A DNA stretch of 64,000 nt, from IMG/VR virus record IMGVR_UViG_3300034073_003542, positions 62,001 to 126,000 of that record, one strand, 5' to 3'. The position numbers were made by a program, and so were the translations under genes. Numbering within the stretch: the first letter of the stretch is position 1; every line of letters starts with the position of its first letter. Below the pieces are notes generated by a model. That model saw only the letters and a program-made list of their open reading frames with translations. It did not search any database and was not told where the DNA came from. Below are positions 29,194 through 37,728 of this stretch, one piece after another.

Positions 29194-29572
29194 TTGCGGC
29201 CTCCATTAATGAATATGTGTCTTCCTGACCTAGATTTTCTCCTGTATCTAATATGGCATTCAATAATGACATACTATATTTAGCATATTGATCTTTGCTC
29301 ATTTTTTGACGCATTATTTTTTTGATTCTCATTTTAGTAAAATAACCGCGCTTCATTGAAAACATTCTAATTTCTGAACCGTAAAAATCAGCAGCATCTT
29401 TGGCTCCAAAATTACATGTTTTTGATTTATTACATTCTTGTAGTACTCGTATTAAACCAATAATAATACTAATAATCATAAGTACAGCGATAAAACTACC
29501 AAATTCTTCTTCAGCTGGTATATTAGCTTGCTCTCTTATTTTTTCGGCTAATTTTTTAACGCGTGGATTCAT
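29186..29572 (-). CDS. Hypothetical single-TM membrane protein
   Basis: FIAVLMIISIIIGLIRVL hydrophobic segment. Confidence 0.6.
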   Translation of the reverse strand: MNPRVKKLAEKIREQANIPAEEEFGSFIAVLMIISIIIGLIRVLQECNKSKTCNFGAKDAADFYGSEIRMFSMKRGYFTKMRIKKIMRQKMSKDQYAKYSMSLLNAILDTGENLGQEDTYSLMEAANV

Positions 29573-29579
29573 ATATTGC

Positions 29580-29981
29580 CTATCTTCTATAAATAGTTGT
29601 TGGTTTGGCGGGTTTGCTCGGTGCTGGTTTAATGGGACACTTACCTTCTTTGCATTGATCTTCGGATTCCTTTTGTGGAGATAGAATAATCGGCGGATGC
29701 TCTAAAGCTTCTTCTTGAGGAAGATCGCCCGATTTATTATCTGGAACACAATAAGGACACTCTATATCCACAACAACAATAGTGTCGCCACTTTTAATTA
29801 TCCCTTTTCCTTTACATATAGGACATTTACTTCTAGGATATTTCTTTTCGATATCGATCTTCCTAGATTTAATCTTAGCTCCTGCAACAATAACAGCGGC
29901 TGTGGAGCCAATACCATAAGCGTTAACAGAAGTTATGCAGAGAATGAGAATTAGGGCGATTTTGAGTAATTTATTTTTCAT
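29580..29981 (-). CDS. Secreted protein with DnaJ-like CxxCxGxG zinc motif
   Basis: Signal-like MKNKLLKIALILILCITSVNA, CPICKGKG...CPYC, Pro-rich tail. Confidence 0.6.
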   Translation of the reverse strand: MKNKLLKIALILILCITSVNAYGIGSTAAVIVAGAKIKSRKIDIEKKYPRSKCPICKGKGIIKSGDTIVVVDIECPYCVPDNKSGDLPQEEALEHPPIILSPQKESEDQCKEGKCPIKPAPSKPAKPTTIYRR

Positions 29982-30159
29982 CTTCGTCCTCTTTTCTAAA
30001 TATTCTTCTTCTTTTCTTTTTAGGTGGAGTAGGTTCGTCTGGAGGTACGGGTTCATCAACTTTGGGCAAATTAGCTGTAATGATTTTTAAGACACCTAAT
30101 ATAAAAGCAGTTATAATTGCTATTAATCTATTGAGGGCGATTTTGTCTAGAATTCTCAT
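29971..30159 (-). CDS. Small membrane protein with Pro-rich and polybasic tail (62 aa)
   Basis: MRILDKIALNRLIAIITAFILGVLKII...PPKKKRRRIFRK. Confidence 0.55.
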   Translation of the reverse strand: MRILDKIALNRLIAIITAFILGVLKIITANLPKVDEPVPPDEPTPPKKKRRRIFRKEDEDEK

Positions 30160-30178
30160 CGTTACACCTCGTTGTAAG

Positions 30179-31099
30179 TCAATATGTGAAGCCGTAATCT
30201 GGAAGTTTTTGTGGTTTGAAGCCGTCGAAATTAGAAAAAGCATATGTTCTACCAGCATTGATCATACCTTGCATAGTTTCTGCTTTAATCAAAAAACATC
30301 CATCTGGTATTGGTCCCCAGGAGGGATGTCCACCCTGACACCAAGCTCCCCAGCTATTAATTATCATAAAATCCATATTTCCTTGCGTATCGTCACAAGC
30401 TCCTACACACATACAATGATTCCAACTACCAGAAGGTTTACAAAAACCTTTTGAATCTCTTTTTGAGCTAAAACCATAATTGCTTCCAACACTTAAGCCA
30501 TATCCATTAGCTAGGGCGTCACGAGCTTCTTCTACGGTTTTAATAAGACTAACTGTACGAACCTGATGATCATTAGCAATATCTATAACTTTATCTGGTA
30601 CTCCGCGACCACCCCATGAGTTGCCAATTGAAAACTTATATTTTGATAAATCAACTATTCCATCGTAGTTTTGCCTTAATAATATACCACCAACAGTGCT
30701 AACAAATTTTGCTGCACGAGCTGGGTCCATTCCTCCACCAGAAAACCCTCTATAGCCATAAATTCCTTCTGTGGCTCCAATAGAAATATACGCTTCTGGT
30801 TCTCCATCTATATCTATTTCTACACAACGCGTTATATCACAAGCATTTCGTGTGCCATGAGAAGTACAGTCTGGTCCGGTTTGTCTTTCTTTAAAAGCTC
30901 GTTTCTTGTCCATTTTTTCATAACTTTTATATGGTACACTTAATTTACCCTTACCTGATTTAGCAATTTTTTTAGCAGCATCGCCGAAGTATGGATATTT
31001 TGAGTGGGTTAATAGTTCTTCATAAATATGTGGTTCGTTAATACATCCGACATATCCATTAGAATACTTTTCTAATAACTCTTTGGGACTTAATGGCAT
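30179..31099 (-). CDS. Papain-like cysteine protease (peptidase C1)
   Basis: Catalytic set Q/C (QTGPDCTSHG), H (WNHCMCVGA), N (IINSWG). Confidence 0.85.
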   Translation of the reverse strand: MPLSPKELLEKYSNGYVGCINEPHIYEELLTHSKYPYFGDAAKKIAKSGKGKLSVPYKSYEKMDKKRAFKERQTGPDCTSHGTRNACDITRCVEIDIDGEPEAYISIGATEGIYGYRGFSGGGMDPARAAKFVSTVGGILLRQNYDGIVDLSKYKFSIGNSWGGRGVPDKVIDIANDHQVRTVSLIKTVEEARDALANGYGLSVGSNYGFSSKRDSKGFCKPSGSWNHCMCVGACDDTQGNMDFMIINSWGAWCQGGHPSWGPIPDGCFLIKAETMQGMINAGRTYAFSNFDGFKPQKLPDYGFTY

Positions 31100-31101
31100 A
31101 A

Positions 31102-31596
31102 TTATTTACTCCCTTCAACAGCGCCCCAACAAATCGCCCTGAAAGCTTCTACTGCTTTTTTTCTTGATTCTGGTGCTAGAGGCACAATATCGTCACCCAA
31201 AACACCCTTAACTAATTCATTACATAAAGCCATAGTTTTTGGATATTTATCTTTCATTTTAAGTTCCATCATATGACCACTCATACTATTTATTTCCCTA
31301 ACTTCGCTCGTATTTGAAACAGCTTCTTTATCGCCCTCTAAACTAATAGCAAGAGCAAGATCGCCCATTAATTTGGCGAATTCAAGAGCATCGCTTTTTC
31401 TTGAAAATCCGCCCTCTTCTTTAAAAGTCTCCCCAATCTCTTTTGCTTTTTCTAATAAGATGGGATCAGTAGGAGCCACAACATCAATAGCTACTACGTC
31501 TGTTTGATTATTATTCCAATTAAGATTAGGATTGTTATATACGCCAAAACCTATTAAAGCCAAAGCCACCCATAATACCATTGAATTTTTCATCAT
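31102..31596 (-). CDS. Exported/membrane-anchored helical protein
   Basis: N-terminal hydrophobic segment MVLWVALALIGFGVY. Confidence 0.6.
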   Translation of the reverse strand: MMKNSMVLWVALALIGFGVYNNPNLNWNNNQTDVVAIDVVAPTDPILLEKAKEIGETFKEEGGFSRKSDALEFAKLMGDLALAISLEGDKEAVSNTSEVREINSMSGHMMELKMKDKYPKTMALCNELVKGVLGDDIVPLAPESRKKAVEAFRAICWGAVEGSK

Positions 31597-31603
31597 ACAC
31601 CTC

Positions 31604-32032
31604 TTATTTTTTGTCTTTGCCGCAAGCGGTTACGCTAAGATGAGGAAACATTTGGTCAGCAATTTCAATAGCTTGATCACAACCAGCTTGCACAGCAAGA
31701 TCACGAGTTTGTTTCCAGCTAACAATTAACTTAAAGAATACATCAGAAGATTCGTTTTTATCGTTCAAACTTACTGGTTTTGGAGCCGCAAGAATATCAA
31801 ATATGTCTCCAGACAATGGCTTGGTTTCTACTGGTGTTGTAGTCCCACCAGCAGGTTTAATCTTGCCTACCATATTTGTCACAAAATCTTTGACAGCGCC
31901 CAGCTTGTTTCCGAACAAATACCAGACTGCTAAACCAACACCGCCCAACAACACTAAAGTTTGTCCGTTTAAACTCTTGCTAAATTCTTCGAAGTTTTGC
32001 GTTGCGAATTCCATACCTGTAGCTAGTAACAT
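31604..32032 (-). CDS. Hypothetical membrane protein
   Basis: TLVLLGGVGLAVWYLFG TM segment. Confidence 0.6.
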   Translation of the reverse strand: MLLATGMEFATQNFEEFSKSLNGQTLVLLGGVGLAVWYLFGNKLGAVKDFVTNMVGKIKPAGGTTTPVETKPLSGDIFDILAAPKPVSLNDKNESSDVFFKLIVSWKQTRDLAVQAGCDQAIEIADQMFPHLSVTACGKDKK

Positions 32033-32062
32033 TTTAATACCCGATACCTTTCGTTAATGTGT

Positions 32063-32506
32063 TTATGTGGTCTTTTTGAAATATCCGATTTTATTGAAAG
32101 TTGATACTATAACATCAATACTGCTAGATACCATTAACAATAAAATTTTCTTTATATACTTATGAATGAGTCCCTCGAAAATAGAAGGAATGAGTGGTAG
32201 ATCTACTGCTATAAAAACAGTATCATATAATTTTTCTATAAGGTGTAACGCTAGGGTTTTTTTATCAGCTCCTACAACTGATTCGCCCGCATATTTTTCG
32301 ATAAGGATAACTATTTCACTAGCTGTTCCTTGAAGAATTTTCCATGCTTCATTTATAGCGAGACGCTTTACTTCGCCCAGATTAGTCTTTATCGTTTGGG
32401 CTAGGTTTTGTGTTTCTAGCTTTAGTTGTTCTAGATTTGGTAGTGTTGCTAATTTTTCGAGACTTTCTGGATTTAGTTGATTTTCGAGGTTTGCTTGTTC
32501 TGACAT
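32063..32506 (-). CDS. Hypothetical helical protein
   Basis: GADKKTLAL...DLPLIP amphipathic helices, a pattern often seen near phage holins. Confidence 0.5.
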   Translation of the reverse strand: MSEQANLENQLNPESLEKLATLPNLEQLKLETQNLAQTIKTNLGEVKRLAINEAWKILQGTASEIVILIEKYAGESVVGADKKTLALHLIEKLYDTVFIAVDLPLIPSIFEGLIHKYIKKILLLMVSSSIDVIVSTFNKIGYFKKTT

Positions 32507-32756
32507 TGGTTTTCTCCGTAGCTTCTTTTTGGGCCACTATTTTTTTTACTTGCATTCTGCCCGCAATATATCTATAAAGAATAAATAACTGCCCACCTAT
32601 TAATATACACGATTCTATGCCGTGGGTTGCTATATTTGTTAATTCATCCGTTTGGTCTTTTTCGGAGATTATGCCGGTTAGAAAAAGGCCCGAAAAAACG
32701 AAACTTGATAATACCACCCACCACTCTGTGGTCTTCCATCCAGGTTTATTTGCCAT
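32382..32756 (-). CDS. Holin-like two-TM protein with basic C-terminus
   Basis: KPGWKTTEWW start, two hydrophobic helices, Lys/Arg-rich tail. Confidence 0.6.
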   Translation of the reverse strand: MANKPGWKTTEWWVVLSSFVFSGLFLTGIISEKDQTDELTNIATHGIESCILIGGQLFILYRYIAGRMQVKKIVAQKEATEKTNVRTSKPRKSTKSRKSRKISNTTKSRTTKARNTKPSPNDKD

Positions 32757-32792
32757 ATTTCACCCCATATAAATAAAAGCTACTATATATGT

Positions 32793-32800
32793 ATACACCA
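32793..32800 (-). promoter_or_regulatory. TGGTGTAT motif, putative phage late promoter element
   Basis: Intergenic, 37 nt upstream of the holin-like gene; the same octamer recurs in four other intergenic sites. Confidence 0.55.
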
Positions 32801-32826
32801 TAATATGATAGCTTAATATTTGTTAA

Positions 32827-33435
32827 TTATAGAACTGAGGCTTCTCTAAACGCTTGATCCACTTGAGCTTCTGTTAAACCTAGTGCTGTAGCCATAGGAA
32901 TTAACCAACTATGTGTACGTTCTATATAAGGAGCATACTCCCACTCTATTTTAACACTATCTCGTGTTGCTTGATCTGCGATACTATCAATAGCTGCTTC
33001 AATATTGGTCATACTAATTCCGTGTGCTACAAGCCACAATCGAATCTGACGAGCAGAGACAGACGGAGGAATCGAATTTTCGTCTGGTTGAGGTATTTCA
33101 GGCCATGGAATTGGTTGACCTGACACAACAACATCCGGTAAATCTCTCAAAGCTTGCCTATAAACAGCCCAAGCAGACTTAACAGCCCCAGATAAAGGAG
33201 CATCATTAGCTTGAGTCCAATCTGTTGCTGTTAACACAAGTCCGCGAACATGGCGCATATATTCGGTTTCGTCAGAAGGTGGAGGGTTTTTGCTGGCTAG
33301 TGACAAAACTGAATTAATAAGCCAACCTCCACCATTTTTGACGGCCACAGAACCGTTGTCGAATAAAATTTCAGAGTTGGGTGAAAGTCCCAAAGCTTCC
33401 ATATCCTGCCAATTAATTCCAATAAATATGCTCAT
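32827..33435 (-). CDS. Tail fibre assembly chaperone-like protein
   Basis: RGLVLTATDWTQANDAPLS...WAVYRQALRDLP...IPWP, then SVSARQIRLWL domain. Confidence 0.8.
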   Translation of the reverse strand: MSIFIGINWQDMEALGLSPNSEILFDNGSVAVKNGGGWLINSVLSLASKNPPPSDETEYMRHVRGLVLTATDWTQANDAPLSGAVKSAWAVYRQALRDLPDVVVSGQPIPWPEIPQPDENSIPPSVSARQIRLWLVAHGISMTNIEAAIDSIADQATRDSVKIEWEYAPYIERTHSWLIPMATALGLTEAQVDQAFREASVL

Positions 33436-34331
33436 GTTACATTAAACCTCGTCGATGAAAAGGTAACCTGATTAACGGACGCATCGCCGTTATTGTTTGT
33501 AAACATAGTGACTGCTCCACCGACATTTGTTGCTTCTGTTGGTCCGCCGGTTTTTGTACCAACTAGAACTCCATCTTGATATAGCCGAATATTGCCTAGT
33601 CCATCACTATAAAGAATAAAGTCGTGAGATACATCGTTTCCAAATGTTGCGTCGATAGACATTGTATCAAGAGAAACGCCGTCATGAGACATAATCTCAA
33701 GATTATTTCCAACGCTTCTAAACCCAATTCCTATTTGATCAAGAGCTATTGATGGATCTAGTGAAAGAGATCTACCCCAAGACATACCAGTGATAAAATT
33801 TGGAGATGCGTCAAACTCGTGTCGTGCAATGCGTACAAATAGAAATCTTGGTTTATTCCAATCAATACCAAATAATCCGCCGCGCCTATACATTAATGAA
33901 TTATTATTTAAGCCAGAATTACAATAAAATACAGATCTAGCTGTAGTTGAAGTATTAGTTCTCCATGTTATTCCATGTGTTCCAAAACCGTATGGGCTAA
34001 CACCAGAAGATACTCCGCCTGTTGGAAAATATTCAGTAACTCCCAAACTTGCTATCACTGCTTTATCTGGTGATATAATAGTATTCTCGGAAGTGCCATA
34101 TAATGCGTCATTTAAGTCCGCAAACTCTCCACCACCCCCACCCAACTCAAATATAGTTCCGTCTTCTTTTGCTGCGTAAAGCTTCTCTTGGTCGTAGTCA
34201 ATACAAAGATCTTTAAAATTAAGGTTTGTAGGCGCGCCCGTTTCTTCGTTCTCAACTAGACGTTGCTCTCTATTAAATTTGACGATTCCAAAAAATCTAG
34301 AAATAAGTGATGGGTGGGTAAAAAATTGCAT
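33432..34331 (-). CDS. Beta-rich tail-associated protein (lectin-like C-terminus)
   Basis: Beta-strand-rich sequence, LYAAKEDG N-terminal module, adjacent to the chaperone gene. Confidence 0.5.
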   Translation of the reverse strand: MQFFTHPSLISRFFGIVKFNREQRLVENEETGAPTNLNFKDLCIDYDQEKLYAAKEDGTIFELGGGGGEFADLNDALYGTSENTIISPDKAVIASLGVTEYFPTGGVSSGVSPYGFGTHGITWRTNTSTTARSVFYCNSGLNNNSLMYRRGGLFGIDWNKPRFLFVRIARHEFDASPNFITGMSWGRSLSLDPSIALDQIGIGFRSVGNNLEIMSHDGVSLDTMSIDATFGNDVSHDFILYSDGLGNIRLYQDGVLVGTKTGGPTEATNVGGAVTMFTNNNGDASVNQVTFSSTRFNVT

Positions 34332-34381
34332 TTTAACTGATCCTGTATTTTGTCTTTTATTGATATTAGCTCTGTATTATT

Positions 34382-34389
34382 ATACACCA
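34382..34389 (-). promoter_or_regulatory. TGGTGTAT motif, putative late promoter
   Basis: Intergenic, 51 nt upstream of the 34331 start. Confidence 0.5.
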
Positions 34390-34428
34390 AAACCAAGAAA
34401 GCTAATACTAGAAATAAATGACAAATTT

Positions 34429-36027
34429 CTATTGATCTTCTCTTGTATTAATACTAGCATTTACATAAGTGGCAGTACCAGTAACAGCTCTTGCGGCTAA
34501 AGTTAGAGTTTCCCCTGGTTGAATTGTTATTTCGTCTTCAAATTCATATGCTCCTCCTCCGTTTTGAGCTAAAGCATAAGCAAATTGTACTTGACTTTTT
34601 TCACTAAAAGAACAAGTAGTTGCCGCAGTATCCCAGTACACACAACTATCAGGATCAAACCGGCTAAAGTTTGGTGTTCCGTTAAGCGTTGCGTTTTTTA
34701 TTAAGTAAAAGGTGATGGGTGTGGCATCATCGTGAGCAGCACTAATACTTAATGGATAAACAATCGATTGGTTGGCTCGTTCTGGTACTCCACTATGACC
34801 GTGAGTTAAGTCATTTCTAATAGTAAATAGGGGATAGTATGTACTAGCCGCACTACCAACATAATTATTGGTTTCTACAAAAGGACACATTCTTGGGCCG
34901 GTTAGCTTCTTTTTTCCTTCTATAAATCCAGCAAATGAAGCGCATTTAACACTAACGTCGGTAGTAGATCCGGCCGAATAGGCAGCCATAGTAAAAGGAA
35001 AAGATGGTTGTGTGATATTTACCGCTGTCCTTAAATTAACCATACGTAAAGTGTGAACAGTAACCATATCGGGATTATTACCAGCTTGTCCGTGTTCTAC
35101 CTGAAAAACAACATCTCCAAAACCCAAATACTGAATATTAATTTGATAAATATTTCCTTTTAATGGATCTAATATCATGCCGCTTTCGCCAGTGCCGTCC
35201 ATTGGATCGCCGTTCCAGCTTACTTGTGGAATCCATGTATCAGTACTAGCTACGCCCGCGAGTGTTTCTGTGAATGTTCCTGCTGCTGGTACTCCAGCAC
35301 CACTTTGTGCTACGGAAAATGCACCAGTCTTATCCCCCACCGAATCTGCTAAAAACACTACTGTTGATCCACGAGCCAAAGCTTTCCATCCGGCATATGT
35401 TCCTTGACTAATTTCGTATGCTGTTTTTGTTGTACTTCCGTTATTTGTGGCTGTAACTGTATAGGTAGTACCAGCTAAAGTAATTTGATAATTGTTGGTT
35501 GAGGTGCTAGCAGTTGTTATAGTGAGAGTTTGAATTTCTCTAACTCCTCCATTAGAATATAGAATCCCAAAAGAGGTTCCATTATAACCAAAATAGAATC
35601 CAGCTTCACCAGTACCCAAACCAGCAACAAGGATAGAACTAGCTGTTGGATTAGAAAACATTGCAGTAAATTTGCCAACCACGCCCTGACCAGCTCTGTA
35701 TCTTAGTCTTTTTCTAGATTGAATAGTAGCAAAAGAATAAGCATTAGTACCAGTAGAACAAGAAAAAAAATTATCAGTACCAGATATTTGTCCTGAAGTT
35801 ACTCCACTAGGGCTTATAGCGTTTCCTATTGTTGTAATAATAGCGTCAGAATTAACACCATAAACAGCATCAGCCTGAAAAATTGGCTCTAGATTTTCTA
35901 CATGAATAGAGCCAAACGGTAGTCTTGGAGCATGAATAGCTACCTCCAAATGTCCTTCTGGCGTAGATGCCATAGGTATATAATTTCCTGCGTCTGTTTG
36001 TGCTGTTATTGCTCTAATATATGTCAT
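34429..36027 (-). CDS. Beta-rich virion-associated hypothetical protein (532 aa)
   Basis: IQSRKRLRYRAGQG, GYFFGYNG, YQINIQYLGFG; Thr/Gly-rich insertion. Confidence 0.55.
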   Translation of the reverse strand: MTYIRAITAQTDAGNYIPMASTPEGHLEVAIHAPRLPFGSIHVENLEPIFQADAVYGVNSDAIITTIGNAISPSGVTSGQISGTDNFFSCSTGTNAYSFATIQSRKRLRYRAGQGVVGKFTAMFSNPTASSILVAGLGTGEAGFYFGYNGTSFGILYSNGGVREIQTLTITTASTSTNNYQITLAGTTYTVTATNNGSTTKTAYEISQGTYAGWKALARGSTVVFLADSVGDKTGAFSVAQSGAGVPAAGTFTETLAGVASTDTWIPQVSWNGDPMDGTGESGMILDPLKGNIYQINIQYLGFGDVVFQVEHGQAGNNPDMVTVHTLRMVNLRTAVNITQPSFPFTMAAYSAGSTTDVSVKCASFAGFIEGKKKLTGPRMCPFVETNNYVGSAASTYYPLFTIRNDLTHGHSGVPERANQSIVYPLSISAAHDDATPITFYLIKNATLNGTPNFSRFDPDSCVYWDTAATTCSFSEKSQVQFAYALAQNGGGAYEFEDEITIQPGETLTLAARAVTGTATYVNASINTREDQ

Positions 36028-36036
36028 TATTACTCC

Positions 36037-36381
36037 TTAAATAATATACCATGCAGATCCATCACATTGAATAGTGAGCGAATCATATTGAGATGATAAG
36101 GTAATAGTTGTTTCGCCGTCTATTGTTTCGCTGGTACTCCCGTCAATAGTAATAGTATTGCTAGAAGAGTCTATTTTTTTAATATAGTATAATACACCAG
36201 AAGCAGTACTAGTTTGTGGTAGATTTACTGTTATATTATTGCTTGTACAATCACATAAGATGGTGTGATTAGTTGTATCTAATGTAATTGACGCAGAAGT
36301 AGTAGTTTCTATTGGCAGACTAATAGATTGATTTAGAATAGCTTTGTTGGTCGTTATTTGGTCAAAAGTGGATAGTGTCAT
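36037..36381 (-). CDS. Small tail-fibre-like beta protein
   Basis: TILCDCTSNNITVNLP...IKKIDSSSNTITIDG...ETIDG...W motif common in phage fibre termini. Confidence 0.6.
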   Translation of the reverse strand: MTLSTFDQITTNKAILNQSISLPIETTTSASITLDTTNHTILCDCTSNNITVNLPQTSTASGVLYYIKKIDSSSNTITIDGSTSETIDGETTITLSSQYDSLTIQCDGSAWYII

Positions 36382-36411
36382 ATTGAGTTCCTATTTTGTG
36401 ACTAATTTAGG

Positions 36412-36419
36412 ATACACCA
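36412..36419 (-). promoter_or_regulatory. TGGTGTAT motif, putative late promoter
   Basis: Just downstream of a terminator, 31 nt upstream of the 36381 start. Confidence 0.55.
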
Positions 36420-36445
36420 TACAGCTTTGAATGTTAAGCATATCA

Positions 36446-36478
36446 ACAAAAATGCCGCCCTAAAAGAGCGGCAAATTT
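36446..36478 (-). terminator. Rho-independent terminator
   Basis: Minus strand TTGCCGCTC-TTTTA-GGGCGGCAT followed by TTTTGTT. Confidence 0.75.
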
Positions 36479-36500
36479 TAGCGTCTAAATAAAGATGTTA

Positions 36501-36842
36501 TTATTCTGGTGTTGGTTCAGGAATAGTAACTGTTCCGTCCTCATTAAGAGTAGCTTGACCAATAAGAGCTTGTCCCTCAGTAATGCTATCTGGCTTAACG
36601 CCCGCTAGAAGCTGTCCTAATAGGTAGTGTAAGGTAAATACTTCTGCGGCATCTGTTCCTAGAGCAGCAGCAATTTCATTAGGAGTAGCTCCTTGTCCAT
36701 TCGCCCAAAATATTTTAGCTCCCTGGTTATATGCTTGTGCCATCTGTAGATAGCTTTGACGAGCCATTTGCTTTAGGCGATTAGCTGCTTGTGTAGCTGG
36801 TGGAACTTGTGGGCCTGCGTTTCCTTGTTCAAGAATGCTCAT
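36501..36842 (-). CDS. Hypothetical Ala/Gln-rich protein
   Basis: 113-aa ORF with GGAG RBS. Confidence 0.6.
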   Translation of the reverse strand: MSILEQGNAGPQVPPATQAANRLKQMARQSYLQMAQAYNQGAKIFWANGQGATPNEIAAALGTDAAEVFTLHYLLGQLLAGVKPDSITEGQALIGQATLNEDGTVTIPEPTPE

Positions 36843-36843
36843 A

Positions 36844-37644
36844 TTATTGTCTCCATATTTCTAGGTTACTATATTTTTCTACTAATTGTTTACCCAAAAT
36901 TTTATCAGCGCGAAGAGGTACTGGTAAAACTTGTGGACGAATTGTGTGAAGATCGGGAATTCTGTGAACGCCCGCATCATCTTCTTTTGTATACTGCTCT
37001 ACATTTGAAAAATTATGTTCAAAATAGGGCTTCTCCAAATAATCATACACCATTTTTAGGGTTTGGTGGGGCTTAGAAGTCAAATCATCAAATTCAACGA
37101 ATAAGAGGTCTTTTTGGAATCCTCTACTAATTGCGTCTTTTACTCGATTATAGGCTAACCCTACTGGTTGGGCTGCACCAGCCCAAATATCGCATCTGCC
37201 TTCTACTGTTTGGGCCTTGATATAATTTTCGCCCTCAAAATTCCATTGAGATTGTCCTGTGGTTTTTCTCCATAAGGATTCAAAACTTGCTAGAATTTCG
37301 CCCAAATTCCTAACTGGCACAATAATCTTTGGAGTTTTACCCAAGATAAATTGAGCCATTTCAATAAGGCTTAACCAACCACGACCTTTATCGATTATGA
37401 TTTCTTTATTTGTCTGATGATAGTTATTAATTATACTCTGCAAAACTACCCTTAATTGATCGTAGTTAATTCCTTCGGCTTGATGTTCTATTAAATGATC
37501 CCATTGATTACGAACACCAAATAAAACATCATGTAATCCAGAAGTAGCTTTACTAACAAAGCAATTTGGATTTTGAGCTAAAATGTTACAAAGTAAGGTA
37601 CTTCCTGCGCGTGGAAGCCCGCTAATAAAAATAAAGTCCTTCAT
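36844..37644 (-). CDS. Sulfotransferase family protein
   Basis: FISGLPRAGSTLL PAPS-binding loop, IIDKGRGW, KIIVPVRN..EILASF, VEFDDLTSKP. Confidence 0.88.
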   Translation of the reverse strand: MKDFIFISGLPRAGSTLLCNILAQNPNCFVSKATSGLHDVLFGVRNQWDHLIEHQAEGINYDQLRVVLQSIINNYHQTNKEIIIDKGRGWLSLIEMAQFILGKTPKIIVPVRNLGEILASFESLWRKTTGQSQWNFEGENYIKAQTVEGRCDIWAGAAQPVGLAYNRVKDAISRGFQKDLLFVEFDDLTSKPHQTLKMVYDYLEKPYFEHNFSNVEQYTKEDDAGVHRIPDLHTIRPQVLPVPLRADKILGKQLVEKYSNLEIWRQ

Positions 37645-37678
37645 TGGATTCTCCTGTGTGTCTAGAAATATCTAGGTT

Positions 37679-37707
37679 ATTATAGATTAGGAGACATGAT
37701 TTGTCAA
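37679..37707 (-). promoter_or_regulatory. Consensus sigma70-type promoter for the sulfotransferase gene
   Basis: TTGACA (37707-37702)-17 nt-TATAAT (37684-37679). Confidence 0.85.
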
Positions 37708-37728
37708 GTGTTGAAGACTCATATTTGA

